From Fistulifera solaris (lineage: Eukaryota), in contig AP026134.1 in the NCBI GenBank assembly GCA_030295235.1, positions 496,001-560,000 of the forward strand: DNA of 64,000 nt, given 5' to 3'. The notes beneath the pieces are model-generated. The model saw only the letters and a list, made by a program, of their open reading frames with translations. It was not told the DNA's origin and ran no database searches. How positions within the stretch are numbered: the first letter of the stretch is position 1; every line of letters begins with the position of its first letter. The position numbers and the translations under genes are program-made. This document shows, in pieces, positions 63,342-64,000 of this stretch.

Positions 63342-63378
63342 CCCTGAAGCGTGGCATCAAAGTTAGCAAATCTTTCTT

Positions 63379-64000
63379 TTAGCCTAATATGTTAAATCCG
63401 AATAATGTGCCATCAAATTGAGATAGATCGTCTATCACTTGATCCGCCTCCCGTACGAAAGATTCTTTTTCTTCTGTTGTGAATCGAGGATCCGGAATGG
63501 CAATGACTCTGCAGCCAGCCGCTTTGCCAGACTTCACTCCGGACAAGGCATCCTCAAAGACCAAACACTCTTTCGGATCCACGCCCATTTGTCGGGCCGC
63601 TTCCAAATAAATATCCGGAGCCGGTTTACCTTCTTTGACGAGAGGATGATCGCCTGGTACGATGACTTGAATTCTGTCAAACATGGGACCATGTCGTGTC
63701 CGTTTTTTCGCGACGGAAGCGGCTCGACTCGAAGTGGCAATGGCCATGGGTATCCCGGCCGCCGTGAACCGTTCCACGAGCTCGGAAGCACCTTTACATT
63801 TTCCCACTTCCTCACAATATTCGTCCAACTTTTCTTCCCATCCCTGCCATAACTCGGTTACCGTCGGTAGATTGTAATCGGCGATATTCCATACGTCTCG
63901 TGCATAAGATATGACAATGGGAGCCCATTCCGATCCTCGTAATCCAAGCAATTGTTTTTTGAGTTCCCAAGGCAATCGATATCCTTCTGAAGCGTACGAT
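63379..64000 (-). CDS. HAD-family phosphatase (pseudouridine-5'-phosphatase/GS1-like), 5' end outside window
   Basis: AIATSS, GKPAPDIY, CLVFEDALSGV motifs. Confidence 0.88.
   Translation of the reverse strand, partial: SYASEGYRLPWELKKQLLGLRGSEWAPIVISYARDVWNIADYNLPTVTELWQGWEEKLDEYCEEVGKCKGASELVERFTAAGIPMAIATSSRAASVAKKRTRHGPMFDRIQVIVPGDHPLVKEGKPAPDIYLEAARQMGVDPKECLVFEDALSGVKSGKAAGCRVIAIPDPRFTTEEKESFVREADQVIDDLSQFDGTLFGFNILG

Overview
Gene-dense eukaryotic DNA with short (~60-80 nt) GT-AG introns and bipartite plastid-targeting presequences. The gene content points to a diatom, probably pennate; the species cannot be read from sequence. About 35 genes are supportable. They include a CBP/p300-type acetyltransferase, ADA2, UPF3, prenyltransferase alpha subunit, ferroportin, a head-to-head VDL2/ZEP1-like carotenoid pair, Cns1/TTC4, a DEAD-box helicase, an RBR E3 ligase, an AKR7-like reductase and PPIL2. 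About 20 single-base frameshifts, mostly in homopolymers, break conserved genes and look like assembly errors. Less ordinary observations: (1) six paralogous multi-pass membrane genes sharing one intron position, one clearly decaying; (2) a dispersed non-coding element made of paired palindromic motifs ~190-220 bp apart, at three loci; (3) an over-represented palindrome TACCWGGTA upstream of genes; (4) a type I membrane protein with 'GDW' repeats and a recent chimeric partial duplicate; (5) a lipase-3 homolog lacking catalytic Ser and His; (6) a stand-alone EXD2-type HNH-like protein. No rRNA, tRNA, CRISPR array or intact transposon was recognised. All family assignments come from recognising motifs by eye; no database search was run.
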